A stretch of DNA of 64,000 nt from the human T2T-CHM13v2.0 reference genome, Homo sapiens. The translations under genes and the position numbers were made by a program. Location of the stretch: the NCBI RefSeq assembly GCF_009914755.1, contig NC_060929.1, one strand, 5' to 3'. Below, in pieces: positions 13,270-27,515 of the stretch. Below the pieces are notes generated by a model. That model made no database searches, was not told the DNA's origin, and was given only the letters and a program-made list of their open reading frames with translations. Every line of letters starts with the position of its first letter. Position 1 is the stretch's first letter.

Positions 13270-14450
13270 ACAAAATTGAAAGGCCAATTTTCACAACTTA
13301 TACTGTGTGTGATACTGGAAGTCCTAGTTAACAAAATAACATAGAACAAATAAATAAAAACTACAAGGATTGAAAACAAATAACATTGTCCTTACCCACA
13401 AATATGGTTGTCTGCAAGAAAATCTATGGGGATCTGCAGAAAAGGACATTTGGAAAACCTAAGAAAATCTATGGAGAAAAGATTGTTTTAGAATTTATGG
13501 TGTTCAGCAAGGTTGCAGAATACAAAATTAACAATCAAAATTTAATACGAAAAACTCAGTAGAATTTGTGTATAACAGCATAACCTTGTATAAATGCAAT
13601 TTTAAAAAGAACAAAAAATTGAGGGGGATAGTTGGGGCCAAGAAAGAAAGAGAAATTATAAGGTTCCTATTAAAAATCTCACAAAAACTTTTCCTTTCTT
13701 CATGCATGAAATTACAAAACTTTATTTAAAGACATAAAATAGATTATTTTCTAAGCCAATTGGAGAGCATACTATGTTCATGGATAGAGAGATTCATAAA
13801 AGTATTAATTTACTCCAAATTTGTCTAGAAATGAATGAAAATTTCTAGAGGAAGTTTGTAAAAATGCACAAAGTGTATAGCAATTCTACTTCAAAACACA
13901 GTACTATATTTTAGAGAAACACTTGCATATGTTAACACAGATACTTATTACAGCAGTGCTTGGAATAGTAAAAAAGGGGAAACAACCTAACAACCCACCA
14001 GTAAGGGAATTAACAAATTAACTGTGGGTTATTACTATTTGACAGTTAAAATGAAGCACTTCAACCAATCTGCATCTATTAGTATTAAAAATTCAAAAAC
14101 CAAAATATTCAATGTAAAATGCAAATTGCTATATGTAGATACAATATCAAATATATAAAATGTAAAGACCCCAAAATACTATTTTAATTCATGGATACAT
14201 ATTTAGTAAAATTATGCAAACTTTCGTGGAATTGATTCCCTAAAACTTCAGAACACCTCTGAGGAAACAGGAGAGGAAAGATATAGGACTGGGATTCAAG
14301 TTTTAGCTGTATCTAGAACACTTTATTAAAAGAATAAGTAAATAGGAAGCAAAAATGGAGTAATATTAACATGTTAGGTCTATGTGGCAAGTAACTTGTG
14401 TTACATTACTCTTTGTATTTTAAAATACTTCAAAAAACAAAAATAAAAAA
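13270..14450 (+). mobile_element. Highly decayed L1M/L1ME fragments
   Basis: gatactggaagtcctag; ttcagcaaggttgcagaatacaaaattaac; ctatgttcatggatag; aaacaacctaa...ccagtaaggga. Confidence 0.75.
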
Positions 14451-15369
14451 ATTGATTCACAGAACAGAACATTCAATATGGATTAACTCTTTTAATTGAG
14501 TTGACATAAAGCCCTATATTGGTTTAGCTCCTCTCATCAATATTTTCCATAACTGAAATCTGGACAGATGGCAGATACAATATTTTCTCTCCTTGACAGA
14601 TGGATGAACTGGAAGGTTTAATTACTTTCTCCTAGTTACTTAATAAGTAGCTCTAGAAACAAAATATTTTGGTCAGTAACTTGGGTGTTTGTCTACCACA
14701 CAGCATGTTAGAACACAATAATTAGCCTGTATAGTTTCGACTGTAAGATAACATATTTACATATGTGTTCTATTACATATATAAAACAGAAACCTTATAT
14801 CTTCGTGTATAATCAGACACTGTAGAACAAGAAGAAATAATCTTAAAATTTTAATAATCTTAATTTTTTTCTAATGACGTTGTAGATAAGATTTTTTGTT
14901 CTTACATAATTGCAAAAAAAAATTATTTTTTAAAGTGAGAGTTTTTGATATTAAGTAAAAGCCAAGAATAAATTAGATCCTTTGGTTAGAGCATTTGATT
15001 TCCCTGCTTCAGAAGTGGGCACACACAAACAAAGAAGTGGGTACATAGGACAAAGATCACTTGGCTTATATTCAGGAAATGTAAATTTTCCTCTCAAGTC
15101 TTCCACTGGCTAACTGTAGCCTGCATCAATTCTTTGAATTTTTCAGGGTCTGTCAAAGTTTATGGAAGAAAGGATGTATCAGGTTGAGAGAAAAGCATTA
15201 GTCTTAAAATGTATTGCTTGTTTGAAACATGGCAAACAGCCTGCTGGGGCTGGAAGGAAGTGTTCATGGAAGGCCGTAGTAGGGAATGCGGCTAGAGATG
15301 CTTTAGATTTTACTCTACAGCAATTGAACATTTTTGAGGAATGGCATTGTAATATCTGCCTTACAGTTT

Positions 15370-16050
15370 GCATGGGAATATTGTCATTTGGTAATTGCAG
15401 GCAGCGACATATACACAAACCATACTAAATCAGGTCAACCAAACAGGAATTTTTTTTCCTCCCAAAATAAGAAGTCAGGAGATGGACAGGCCACAGTTGG
15501 GGCAGCCTCTCAAGAAAGTCATGAAGGACCGAGTTTCCTTCTAGCTTTCCTGTTCCACCAGCCTTGGCTTGTGAATTTTGCCCTCATTCTCTCATGACAG
15601 CTGTTCCATTTCTATGCAGAAAGAAAAGGGAAATTCAAAAGTTAAATGTTCATCCAGACAAGTTTTCTCTTTTTCCAGTAAAATAATAACTTTAATGGAT
15701 GTTCCATCCAGCAGACTTACGTTTATATCTCATTGGCCAGAAATGTATTACAACAAAGTCTGGGGAGGTGTGTGTGGGTTGTGTATGTGTGTATGTGTGT
15801 GTGTGTTTTACTGCTTTATTGAAGTATAATTTACATAAAATAAATTACATATGTAGAAAGTATGCATTTTGGTGAGTTTTGATATGTGTGTACACTTATG
15901 CAATGATTATCATAATGAAGATACCAAATATTTCAAGAAAGTATTCAAAAATGGGAACTTCGTTACCTGAATAAATCAAGTTTCTTTTAGCAAGAGGCAA
16001 ATGGAAAAAATAGATTTTTGAAAGACAACTAGTAGTGTCTGCCACAATTT
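15370..16050 (-). mobile_element. MLT1J/K-like LTR relic interrupted by (TG)n and an L1M 3' end (~15812-15935)
   Basis: aataagaagtcagga...; cttacgtttatatctcattggccagaa; tgctttattgaagtataatttacata; caactagtagtgtctgccaca. Confidence 0.65.
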
Positions 16051-16189
16051 CTAGATTCATAAATTTTCCCAAAGGTGCCCCTCCAAGTGATTCTCCTGGT
16101 TCATCTTGGTGGACCCCAGGAGAGCTTTAGGAAGAGAACCAGAGCAGGAGTTTGCCTTGGGATCATTTCTAGTCTAAGTCTGCCTTGGC

Positions 16190-16490
16190 AGGCAGTGTAA
16201 TATAGATGAAAGCATGGTTTTTGGTGTCAAATTGGGGTTAAAATCCCAGCTCTCACACTAACTCATTGTGTGGCTTTGAACAATTCAGTTCAACAAAGCT
16301 TTAATGAGTATCAGCTATATAACAACTACTTTCCATTCCCTGGGCATACAGCAGTAAAAAGGACAGACGTAGTCCATCCCTTCACAGAGCTTGCTATCTG
16401 GTAGTGGCTGAGCCTTTTCTATAAATAGGAGCTGTGGCGAGGATAAATTTAGTTCTTACAACATGTGAATGTTAGTTTAATGGTAATTAT
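16190..16490. mobile_element. MIR and L2 fragments
   Basis: ggcagtgtaatatagatgaaagcatgg...aatcccagctct; ctgggcatacagcagtaaaaaggacagac. Confidence 0.65.
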
Positions 16491-17046
16491 TTAGGAGCTG
16501 TCCTAGATTTGGCTTCATTCTACTAATACTTGAATTTGGGAGCTTGAATCTCCCCACTAGAAGTTGTGCTTGATTTTGGATTAATCCCAAGAGTTCTGGG
16601 CTTTTTTTGTAGCTAATTAAGGTCAACTATCTTTTCTCTCCCCACACCATGGCCCTAAACCTCACTGGGTTAAGAGCACATGACCTAGTTTCCTCCCTCT
16701 GGGGGAAGAAAATTCTAAAAATCTCCTTAGAATCTCAGAAATTCCCTGCCTCTGAAAATCCTTCTGTTTTGAAGTCACTCAGGAGCCGGAGCCTATTTTC
16801 CACACCCGCTTCCAGTTCACTCCTCTGCGAGTAACTTGGGTTCCCAGATCTGCCTGAGGATACTAGAATTCATCCTAGACCATGGATACCCCTATTCCAG
16901 ATCACAAGGTCCCAGATTTCTGCCAGGGGAATGAGAAAATGCTGTAAAGATCAACAGTTCTTCTTGTAATTTCTTTTGCTTTTCGATAGCATTGAAAATG
17001 TATTGGAATGTTATAATTACTTCTTATTAAGTAACCAGGATCTCTA

Positions 17047-17094
<48 letters not shown>

Positions 17095-17122
17095 CATCCA
17101 TCCATCTATCTACCTATCTATC
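17047..17122 (+). repeat. Compound tetranucleotide STR (TGTC)9(TATC)3(CATC)3(TATC)(TACC)(TATC)2
   Basis: Read directly from the sequence. Confidence 0.95.
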
Positions 17123-17637
17123 TGTGGCTATTTTTGGAGTTGGCTCCTCTTGGGAAATATTTAACAGTTTTGTGGAAATCCCAAATACCATAATGGTAAC
17201 TGCAATTCCTTTAAAACTCATAATTCAGTGATGCATCCAGGAAAAATGGCTGTCTTTGCCAAACTCCTGGATTCTCTGTCTTTGGCCTGGCTGTTTGTAC
17301 CCTGACCTGGTCCCCCGTGAATCTGCCAGTTCCAAGAGCTTGGTGCACCCTGTGTCCTGGTAGAGACAGGAGCAAGGCTCACTACTTAAATTTGTCTCTA
17401 GTCTAGTACTGTCTCCTCGGGGACTCTAGAGTCTTCCCTTTCCTTTGCCCAGCATGAGTGGGTCTGAAATGTGCATAAATAGGCACTTCCGTGAATCCCG
17501 CTGAATTTTTAAGAGGATTTAAGGAGTAAGGAATGAATGAAAGACTATACAAATCATTCTCCAAATGCCCAAAATGCACGTGAAAGCATTTCTGCTGAAC
17601 TTTCTGATAATCTACTCTTGGCCCTGTGGTGATTTCT

Positions 17638-17735
17638 CCCCAAATATTGCATGTTTCAGACATACTTATACTAAAAATCATTTATCTAAAATTCAAATCG
17701 AACTGGGTGGCCTATATGTTATCTGGCAGCCCTAA
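17638..17735. mobile_element. MER53 (hAT MITE) half
   Basis: gacatacttatactaaaaatcatttatctaaaattcaaatcgaactgggtggcc...ttatctggcagccct. Confidence 0.75.
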
Positions 17736-19254
17736 GTTAGACAATACTGTGTATTTATGACCATGATAACTTACTGGACCTGGGTTCTTCTTTGACTGTG
17801 AAATAAAGTACTCTGTTACATTCCTGTCCATGTGTAGTGTGATAATGCAACCCTGTCTTTGAAAAGCCAGCTCAAATGCCGTGGCCTCTTTCCTGATCCT
17901 TCATTTGTCCAGTCAGAAGTACTGTCTTCTTCCTCTGAATCCTATAGCCTGTCTCTTGTTTTGGTTGTATATTACAACTAAAGTTGTGTCAGCATTTCTC
18001 AAAGAGAAGCAGCTGAAACCCAGATTCTTCTGGTAAGTGAAGTTAGATGACAGTCATCTCCCCTTCAGTGACTTGAAATCACTGATGTTTAACAGAAACC
18101 AAAATGGATTCAGGTCTGTCCACAGTGGGGTTTCATATCTTTGTGTTATGGGCTTAGGTGGCCCTAAAGAGGCTAATTCTGCAAGGAGAGAGAAGTATGG
18201 CCTGAGAGGAGGGTTCTGGAATGGTGAGCTACCCTAGAACCTTTGTATTGGTGTTAGTATCATGTGATTTGTCTCTGCTAGAATTTTGCTTATATAAGTC
18301 TTATTCAAATGTGAGTTTAGCCTTTTTTGGGGGGAGTAGGGGTAATATCTGTGTTCTACTTTTGTCTGATATGGGAATTAGGGATTTATTAGTTTCTAAA
18401 AATGGTGTCTAAAAGTTGCACGTTTTTCTAGCCTGTAGAAGCGATTATTAATCGTTTGAAAATCACCAATTACTTGGAAAGTTTCTATAATTTGTATATA
18501 AAACTAAAGGGGCCTGGAACCATATTCTGGAAATAATCTTTGCCAAAGCTTTACATTGTTTTTGTCATCATTATCTATTCAGTTTGTCTATATCTTCTTA
18601 ATTTGATTTTGGAAATTTGTATTTTTTTCTATAAACATGTAATTTCTATTGAGACTTTAAGTATATTTTCATAGAATTATATGTACATATTTTTAACAAT
18701 TAAAAAAATCTACTCTCAATCTGTTAATTTTTCTACTTACGCATTCCTAATTTTTCCTAAAGCTTATTTTTGTCCAAAGAATTTCTCATGGTTTTGTTTT
18801 TGATTCTGTCCTTTTCCAATTCCTAATTTATTAAAACAGATTTTAACTTTTAATTCCTTCTTTTTGCTTCCTTTGGGTTTACTTTATCCTCTAATTTATA
18901 AAAATTGTATGTTTAGTTAATATTATTATTTGTTGATTAAATAATGAAAGATTATATGAATGTTACCAAAAACATTATTAGTCATCTCTCATAATTAAAC
19001 AAAATGAAATACAATGTTATTTTTTCAGATGATCTTCAGAAAAATAGAAACAAGAAAATAAAGAACACTCATAATTTAACTACTAAATTTAATACATTTT
19101 AACCTTTGAGACATTCTTTTAGGTTGTTCTCTTTCCTCTGTTCTCTTTTTCTTTCTATACATATTTTTAAAAAATGACATCACACTATATTTAGGCAATT
19201 TTATATTTCTTTCCCTTTTAGATAATATTTTAATGTCAGAAAATGCAAATCTGT

Positions 19255-19380
19255 TTCTTCTTCTTCTTCTTCTTCTTCTTCTTCTTCTTCTTCTTCTTCT
19301 TCTTCTTCTTCTTCTTCATCTTCATCTTCTTCTTCTCCTTCTTCTCCTTCTTCTCCTTCTTCTCCTTCTTCTTCTTCTTT
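19255..19380 (+). repeat. (TTC)21 pure plus interrupted TTC/ATC/TCC triplets, i.e. a GAA repeat in the Alu tail
   Basis: 21 uninterrupted TTC at 19255-19317, then ATC and TCC interruptions. Confidence 0.97.
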
Positions 19381-19680
<300 letters not shown>

Positions 19681-21539
19681 TATATCTTCATTTTTAATAG
19701 CTGCATAGTTTTCTACAGCCTGGCTATACTATAATTTATTTAAACTACCCACTATTGAAGAATATTAAAGTGTTTCCTGTTTCTATGTTAGTATCTTTAC
19801 TATATAATGAGAGCTAAATAATTAATAAAGTAGAAACCAACAATATGTTGGATTGAAAATGATTGTACATACCTCCTTAATCAGCAAACTTATTTCTTTT
19901 GTGTGGGTTTCTAGACATAGAATTGTTTGGGAGTCATTGGGTATAGGTATATTAAATTTTCATAAATTTTTCCAAACTTCCTTTCAGATTGGTTGTGTTA
20001 TTTGCACTCCTACCAACTTTGGTGAGAGTGTTTACTTCATATATCCTGGCACCATTGGCTATAATTAATATAATCATTGCCAATATGATAAAACTATAAT
20101 TTTTAACAACTTCATTGTTTTTAAAATTTTAATTTTTTTAATTAATGGTAAGGTTACATTTTTGATAAATGTATTGCCCAATTATGCAATGACTTATATA
20201 TGTAAACATATGTAATATACTTAAGTCATTTAAATAGTACCTGGTATAAAATAAGTGCTATATAATGATTGCTGTTGTATTGTTTTATTATTAATTTTAT
20301 TTTCATGTTGTAAATTGCCTGTGATTATTCTTTACTAATTTGCTATTGAGACTTATTTTTAAATTGTCTCCTGACAGGAGTTTTGAGTTCTCTTTGACCC
20401 TAGAGTTAATTAGGAGTGTGATATTTGAGGCTTTTTTGGGGGGAGTATAAACTTTATTAGATTTCTACCTTAATGTTTCTAGCTTTGCTTTTTTTCTACC
20501 TGCATGCATGTAGTACTCATTCTTCAATCCTGAAATGTTAAAATTTCAGGAGATGTGTGGTTTTTTCCACTAATCTGCCCTTAGGGAGTCTTTTTGTCCT
20601 AACGTCTTTCAATTTTCTTGTATCACATCTTTACCTATTGTTTCTATCTCATTTTCTTCTGGTATTATCTGGAATATGAATTATTAATAACATTGGATTT
20701 TTCTTTTTATCATCCCTTTATAATATTATTTCTCTCATCTTTTAAATATCTGTTCTTTTTCTCTGCATTCTGAAAGAATCTTTTAAGTATATTCTTCACA
20801 TCACTAGTTTTATTTTCTATAGTGTCAATTCTATCTTTACTGCCTTCATTCTAGATACGTGTTATAATTTTGCGTCTTTTGGACTTCTTACCTGCCCTTT
20901 TCTTTTTGCTGCCTTTTACCCAGGCACACTTATATCTAATTTGTAATTTAACCTCATTTGACCTTCAATAGTATATGTTTTTATAATTTTATTGGGAACA
21001 TGAAGCATAAGTTTCTAATATTTACCTCCTATTTCCTATATAGTAGGTAACTTGTAAATTTTGCTTTGTTTTTCCATCTTGAATGTAATTAATTTATTAT
21101 ACCATAGATTATTTTCATAATTCCATATCAATATTTTTGTCTTGCTGCTTATCATTTTTATTTGAGCAATAGATTACCTATGCTTGATATCTATCCACAA
21201 ACTGGGTAGGTCAGACTTCAGCTTTCTGCTATTAAGCTTTACTACAGCTGGATTTCAATCATACTGTCAGTTCACAGATCTGTCTCCCACAGACTGAGAG
21301 GAGGAAGAAGGAAGGTACATCAGCAGAAGAATGTTGACTGTGCACAGTTTTCTCTCCATGTTTGGTGAAGCTGCTGGGCAAGCGTCCGATTTCTGGGTCC
21401 ACCTTCTTTACTGTCTACTCTTAGCCAGCTTTCCTAATGCTTTATACAGTCTGCAGCTGTGTCCAGCTTCCTTCCCAGTTGAAATCTTACTGCATGTTAT
21501 GGCCTCTGCAAGAATTGAGTGACTTCAAGAAATATTCAT

Positions 21540-23263
<1,724 letters not shown>

Positions 23264-23265
23264 TC

Positions 23266-23411
23266 ACATATTTAAATTAATTATTTATTTATTTAGAGAC
23301 AGGGTGTGGCTATGTTGCTTAGCCTAGTCTCAAACTTCTGGCCTCAAGTGATCTTCCCACCTCAGCCTCCCAAAGTGCCAACATTACCTGCATGAGCCAC
23401 CATGTCCAGCT
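23266..23411 (-). mobile_element. AluJ linker and left arm (partner of 21540-21716)
   Basis: tagagacagggtgtggctatgttgc...ctcaagtgatcttcccacctcagcctcccaaagtgc...gagccaccatgtccagc. Confidence 0.9.
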
Positions 23412-25519
23412 GAAATACTTCTTTTAAATGCTGATGATCACCCTCAGCAAATGGAAGCCAAAGAAGTGTGTTTGCTCTCTGCTGTCATGGAGCCTCCAGC
23501 TATCAGATCTTGTCCCTCCAATTAAGAGACTATGTACTGCAGAATTTGAGAGTTGTTCCTTGGTGACTGGTTTTATGTATTTCCTTTTTATCTGATCTAC
23601 TTTATTTATAACTGAAACTCCTCCAGGTTTCTCTTTTGTGGATGGTGTCTCCATAGTTTCTAAATCTGAAGGTGATTTTCTTTTGTCTTTTATAACCCTG
23701 TCGACATTTCAGTGGAAATCTGAGAATAGGAGGTGTTAGGCATCTGTGCTATGATTCACATTTCCAGTTTTTAACATTGCCCTGTTGACTTGACCATAAA
23801 AGATGGTCAAAAATAGCTGGTGACTGAACAAAGAATGAACATCATTTTGAGCCTAAGGGATACTAACTGCTTTATGTGACTTTTGTATTATTCTTGCATA
23901 TGCTGAAATCATTGAGGTTTCTTCATATTTCTTTTTTGGATACATCAAATGGCAATAATGATAGTGTGGCATGATAAAAACTGGGACTACTCTATAAATA
24001 CGTTCAAAATTTATTCCTTAATTTGTAACATAAATCTTGGCTGCATTCCTTATATTTCTGTGTTAGGCAGAACACATATAAGGATAAATAAGGTATGGTT
24101 TCCACCCTTCTCAAAGTACTTCCCATTATAATAGTATGATGATTTATCAGCAGCAACTGTTTTTTTTTTTTTTTCTTTACAGGTCAAACATTGGGATTAT
24201 TTTTTAAAAATAGAAGTACTCAGCATAACTAAATGCCTTTTTTCTCTCTGGCAATGGAAGTTTTATTTATTTAAGCAAATCAATAGAGAATTTTTTTTTT
24301 TTTTTACCAAGCTGTTACAAGAGACTGAAGAACGTTTTGCTCACTAATCCTAGGGTAATGGAAGAAGAATTTTCTTCCTCTGTGGTTCCTAGACTTTGTG
24401 GAGTCAGAAAAGTTAAGCTTGACTGAATTTACATTTTTAAAATTTTTTTTGGTTAAATACACATGATTTTTCCTTTTATTAGTAATGGCACCAATATGCA
24501 GTCACATATTTACTTTAAGTACTGCTATATCTCTATCCACATATAGTAAGAGAAAAAATATAGATGCAGTTTCTGGAGAAGAGGCTTTTTATTTCTGAAC
24601 TTTCTAAATGCTGGTCAGTGAATGCCACCAATAAAAAATATTTTGCTCGCCAGAAATAGAGATATGCATCCCTCAGAGTCAGGCATGTGGGTTTTATCAA
24701 ATGTAGTGGATTTTGTCTGTGGACATCTGCGGATTTTTTCTGCCCAGATTCATTTAACCCTACTTTGGGTAAAACTACCCCGACCTCTCCCTATTCCATC
24801 TTATCTTAATGGCAGTATCACATGAGGTACCCCTTCCCAAATGCATGAGCACTTGACTCAAGCCATACCTATGAGAGTGTTCTTTTCCTGAGAATTACCT
24901 ACCTCATAAAACTATTGTATGGATTAAGTGTGTTAATAACATGCAAAGTATTTAGAAGCATTACTGCATAGGGTAAGCAGTACATGAGTGCACTCTTATT
25001 ATTCTTAAGCAGAGTGACGTTAAGGTTAGAAAGTGGCTAGAGTTGGAATATTCTGACCACACTGCCCTAAGGCACTCCCTTAGTTCCTCTACCTTGATCC
25101 CCAGGGCAGTGTAGTTTCTGTTCTTCCCAAAGTCTGATCATAAAGCATTTTTTCCAGTTCTATGAGCTTCCTTGTATCTTTCCAATAAATTCACTCAATA
25201 AATAAAATGACTTTCTATTTATTGAGATCCAATAATTTTGATAAATAAAGAGAAGATTTCAGGAAAGCTCCAAACATTGCAATTAAGTAATATTCCACAA
25301 GACTTTAAATTATTTGTATTTTGCTTTGAATTATGATTTCTTATTCCTTCTAAATATAGTGTTGTATTGTTCTGGGAAATATGGTAAGCAAAATAATAAA
25401 ACCATAGTAGAATTATCCGACACAGAAAAAGTTGGAAAATGAAAAATTATGGAAATAAATAGCTGTTTCACAGTAGCATTAATTCTTTAAGAAAACTCAT
25501 CATCACCACCAAAATTATA

Positions 25520-25710
25520 GATACCGGACATTATTTGGAGATTCACAGATATTATTTCTGATCTTTATAGCAAGTCTGTAAATAATATTTACCCCATTTT
25601 ATACACGGGAAAGCTGAATGGTTGAGGCTTGTTCATTAGTTATCAGCTAACTAGAATTCCAGCCCAGTTCTGCTCACTACAAAGCCTGCACTTTTTCTAC
25701 TATAACACAT
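25520..25710 (-). mobile_element. MIR fragment
   Basis: ccccattttatacacgggaaagctga...ctagaattccagcccagttctg...aaagcctgcacttttt. Confidence 0.65.
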
Positions 25711-27010
25711 TTTCATTTTCTTAAATTGTAAAATTCTTTTTGTTTCTAAACTTGGGATGTTAATTTTTAAGTGGTGTGAAAATTTTTAAGTGGCGTCTAT
25801 TCATTATTTCATTAAATATTTATTGAGTGACTTTGTGGGTAATTAAGATATTCATGAGTGTGGGTAAATATAGCCTTAGGGGATATGTTTTAGAGTGAGG
25901 TGGCAAAATGGCATGCGGAGCAAAGAACTTTTGTAGATTATTTAGATTAAATCTAAAATATGTCTATCAAAAGCAATTATAACTATTCCTCTTTTTAGTA
26001 GAGGTAATCCACTCACAATTTATTTAAACAGACTACAAAAAATCTTCCTTCCTTTTTGTTCCCTTAACCCCAGTCCATCCTACTCAAATCACATACATTC
26101 ATACTATGACATATTTAGAAAACTTTCTAAATTCTAGAGAATTTTAGTTCATTAAATTTTAGGTTTATGCTATGCAGCAAAAGTGTAAAAGTTTTTTCTT
26201 TGCTGAAGAAAAACTGGATAGAGTCCCGAATATATCAATACTGGCAGTAAGGTTTTAGACACACTTGTGCAGAGCCAGAGATAAATAACCACAATACTAG
26301 CCTCCAAGGAGCTAGAAAGTAATGGTTGTGTGGAAACTTTTAGAGCATCTATAGTCAAAGCTGGCAACCACTTTATCTTTAACTGTTCTAACACTCATAA
26401 CAGGGATCTCATAGGAGTGTACAGAAAACTGTAAATTTTTATCTTTTTCCTTCCCTTAGTTTCACACTATATACTCTCCCTGTTAAGCAATAGAAGGGAA
26501 GAGGTTAACAATTTGCCCCACTGACAACAGAGTTTACTTAGTTTACACAGAAGAAATTTTCTGTGTGTTCAGGGCTATCAGTGTTTGCTCTCTGTGTAAT
26601 GGAAAAAAAAAAAAAAACAAATAGTGAGTAGACACTGGCAGGCTGAAATACCAAAGAAGCATAACTAGGCTTTGGTTCTACACATGCAGGAAGGTTCTGC
26701 ATATTCAAATCCATTACTGATGATTAGTTTTAGTTTAAAGACTTGGTCTATGTGAGATTGTATTTGGAAAATCCATGCAGCTGGGGGGACTTACGGCAAA
26801 TGTTATTGTTTCTTGTTCTGTCTTAATGTCTTTGAACTTCTTAGGGTGCTAGCTATGAGGCTGACTGGTCTTATATGGGAGAATGAACTCTGTGTGTTCA
26901 CAGCGCAGGACCCGGCTGAATCTAAGTGTATCCCAGAAGCAGCACCAACTACCATTTGGATTGAGGAGGCAGGTGATTGTAAATCCTGAAGGTAGAGGTA
27001 GTTGAACTGA

Positions 27011-27515
<505 letters not shown>

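Noticed and set aside
23790-23810. Perfect 8-bp hairpin ttgaccat-aaaag-atggtcaa
   Set aside because: Stems this short are expected by chance in 64 kb and are too short for a pre-miRNA.
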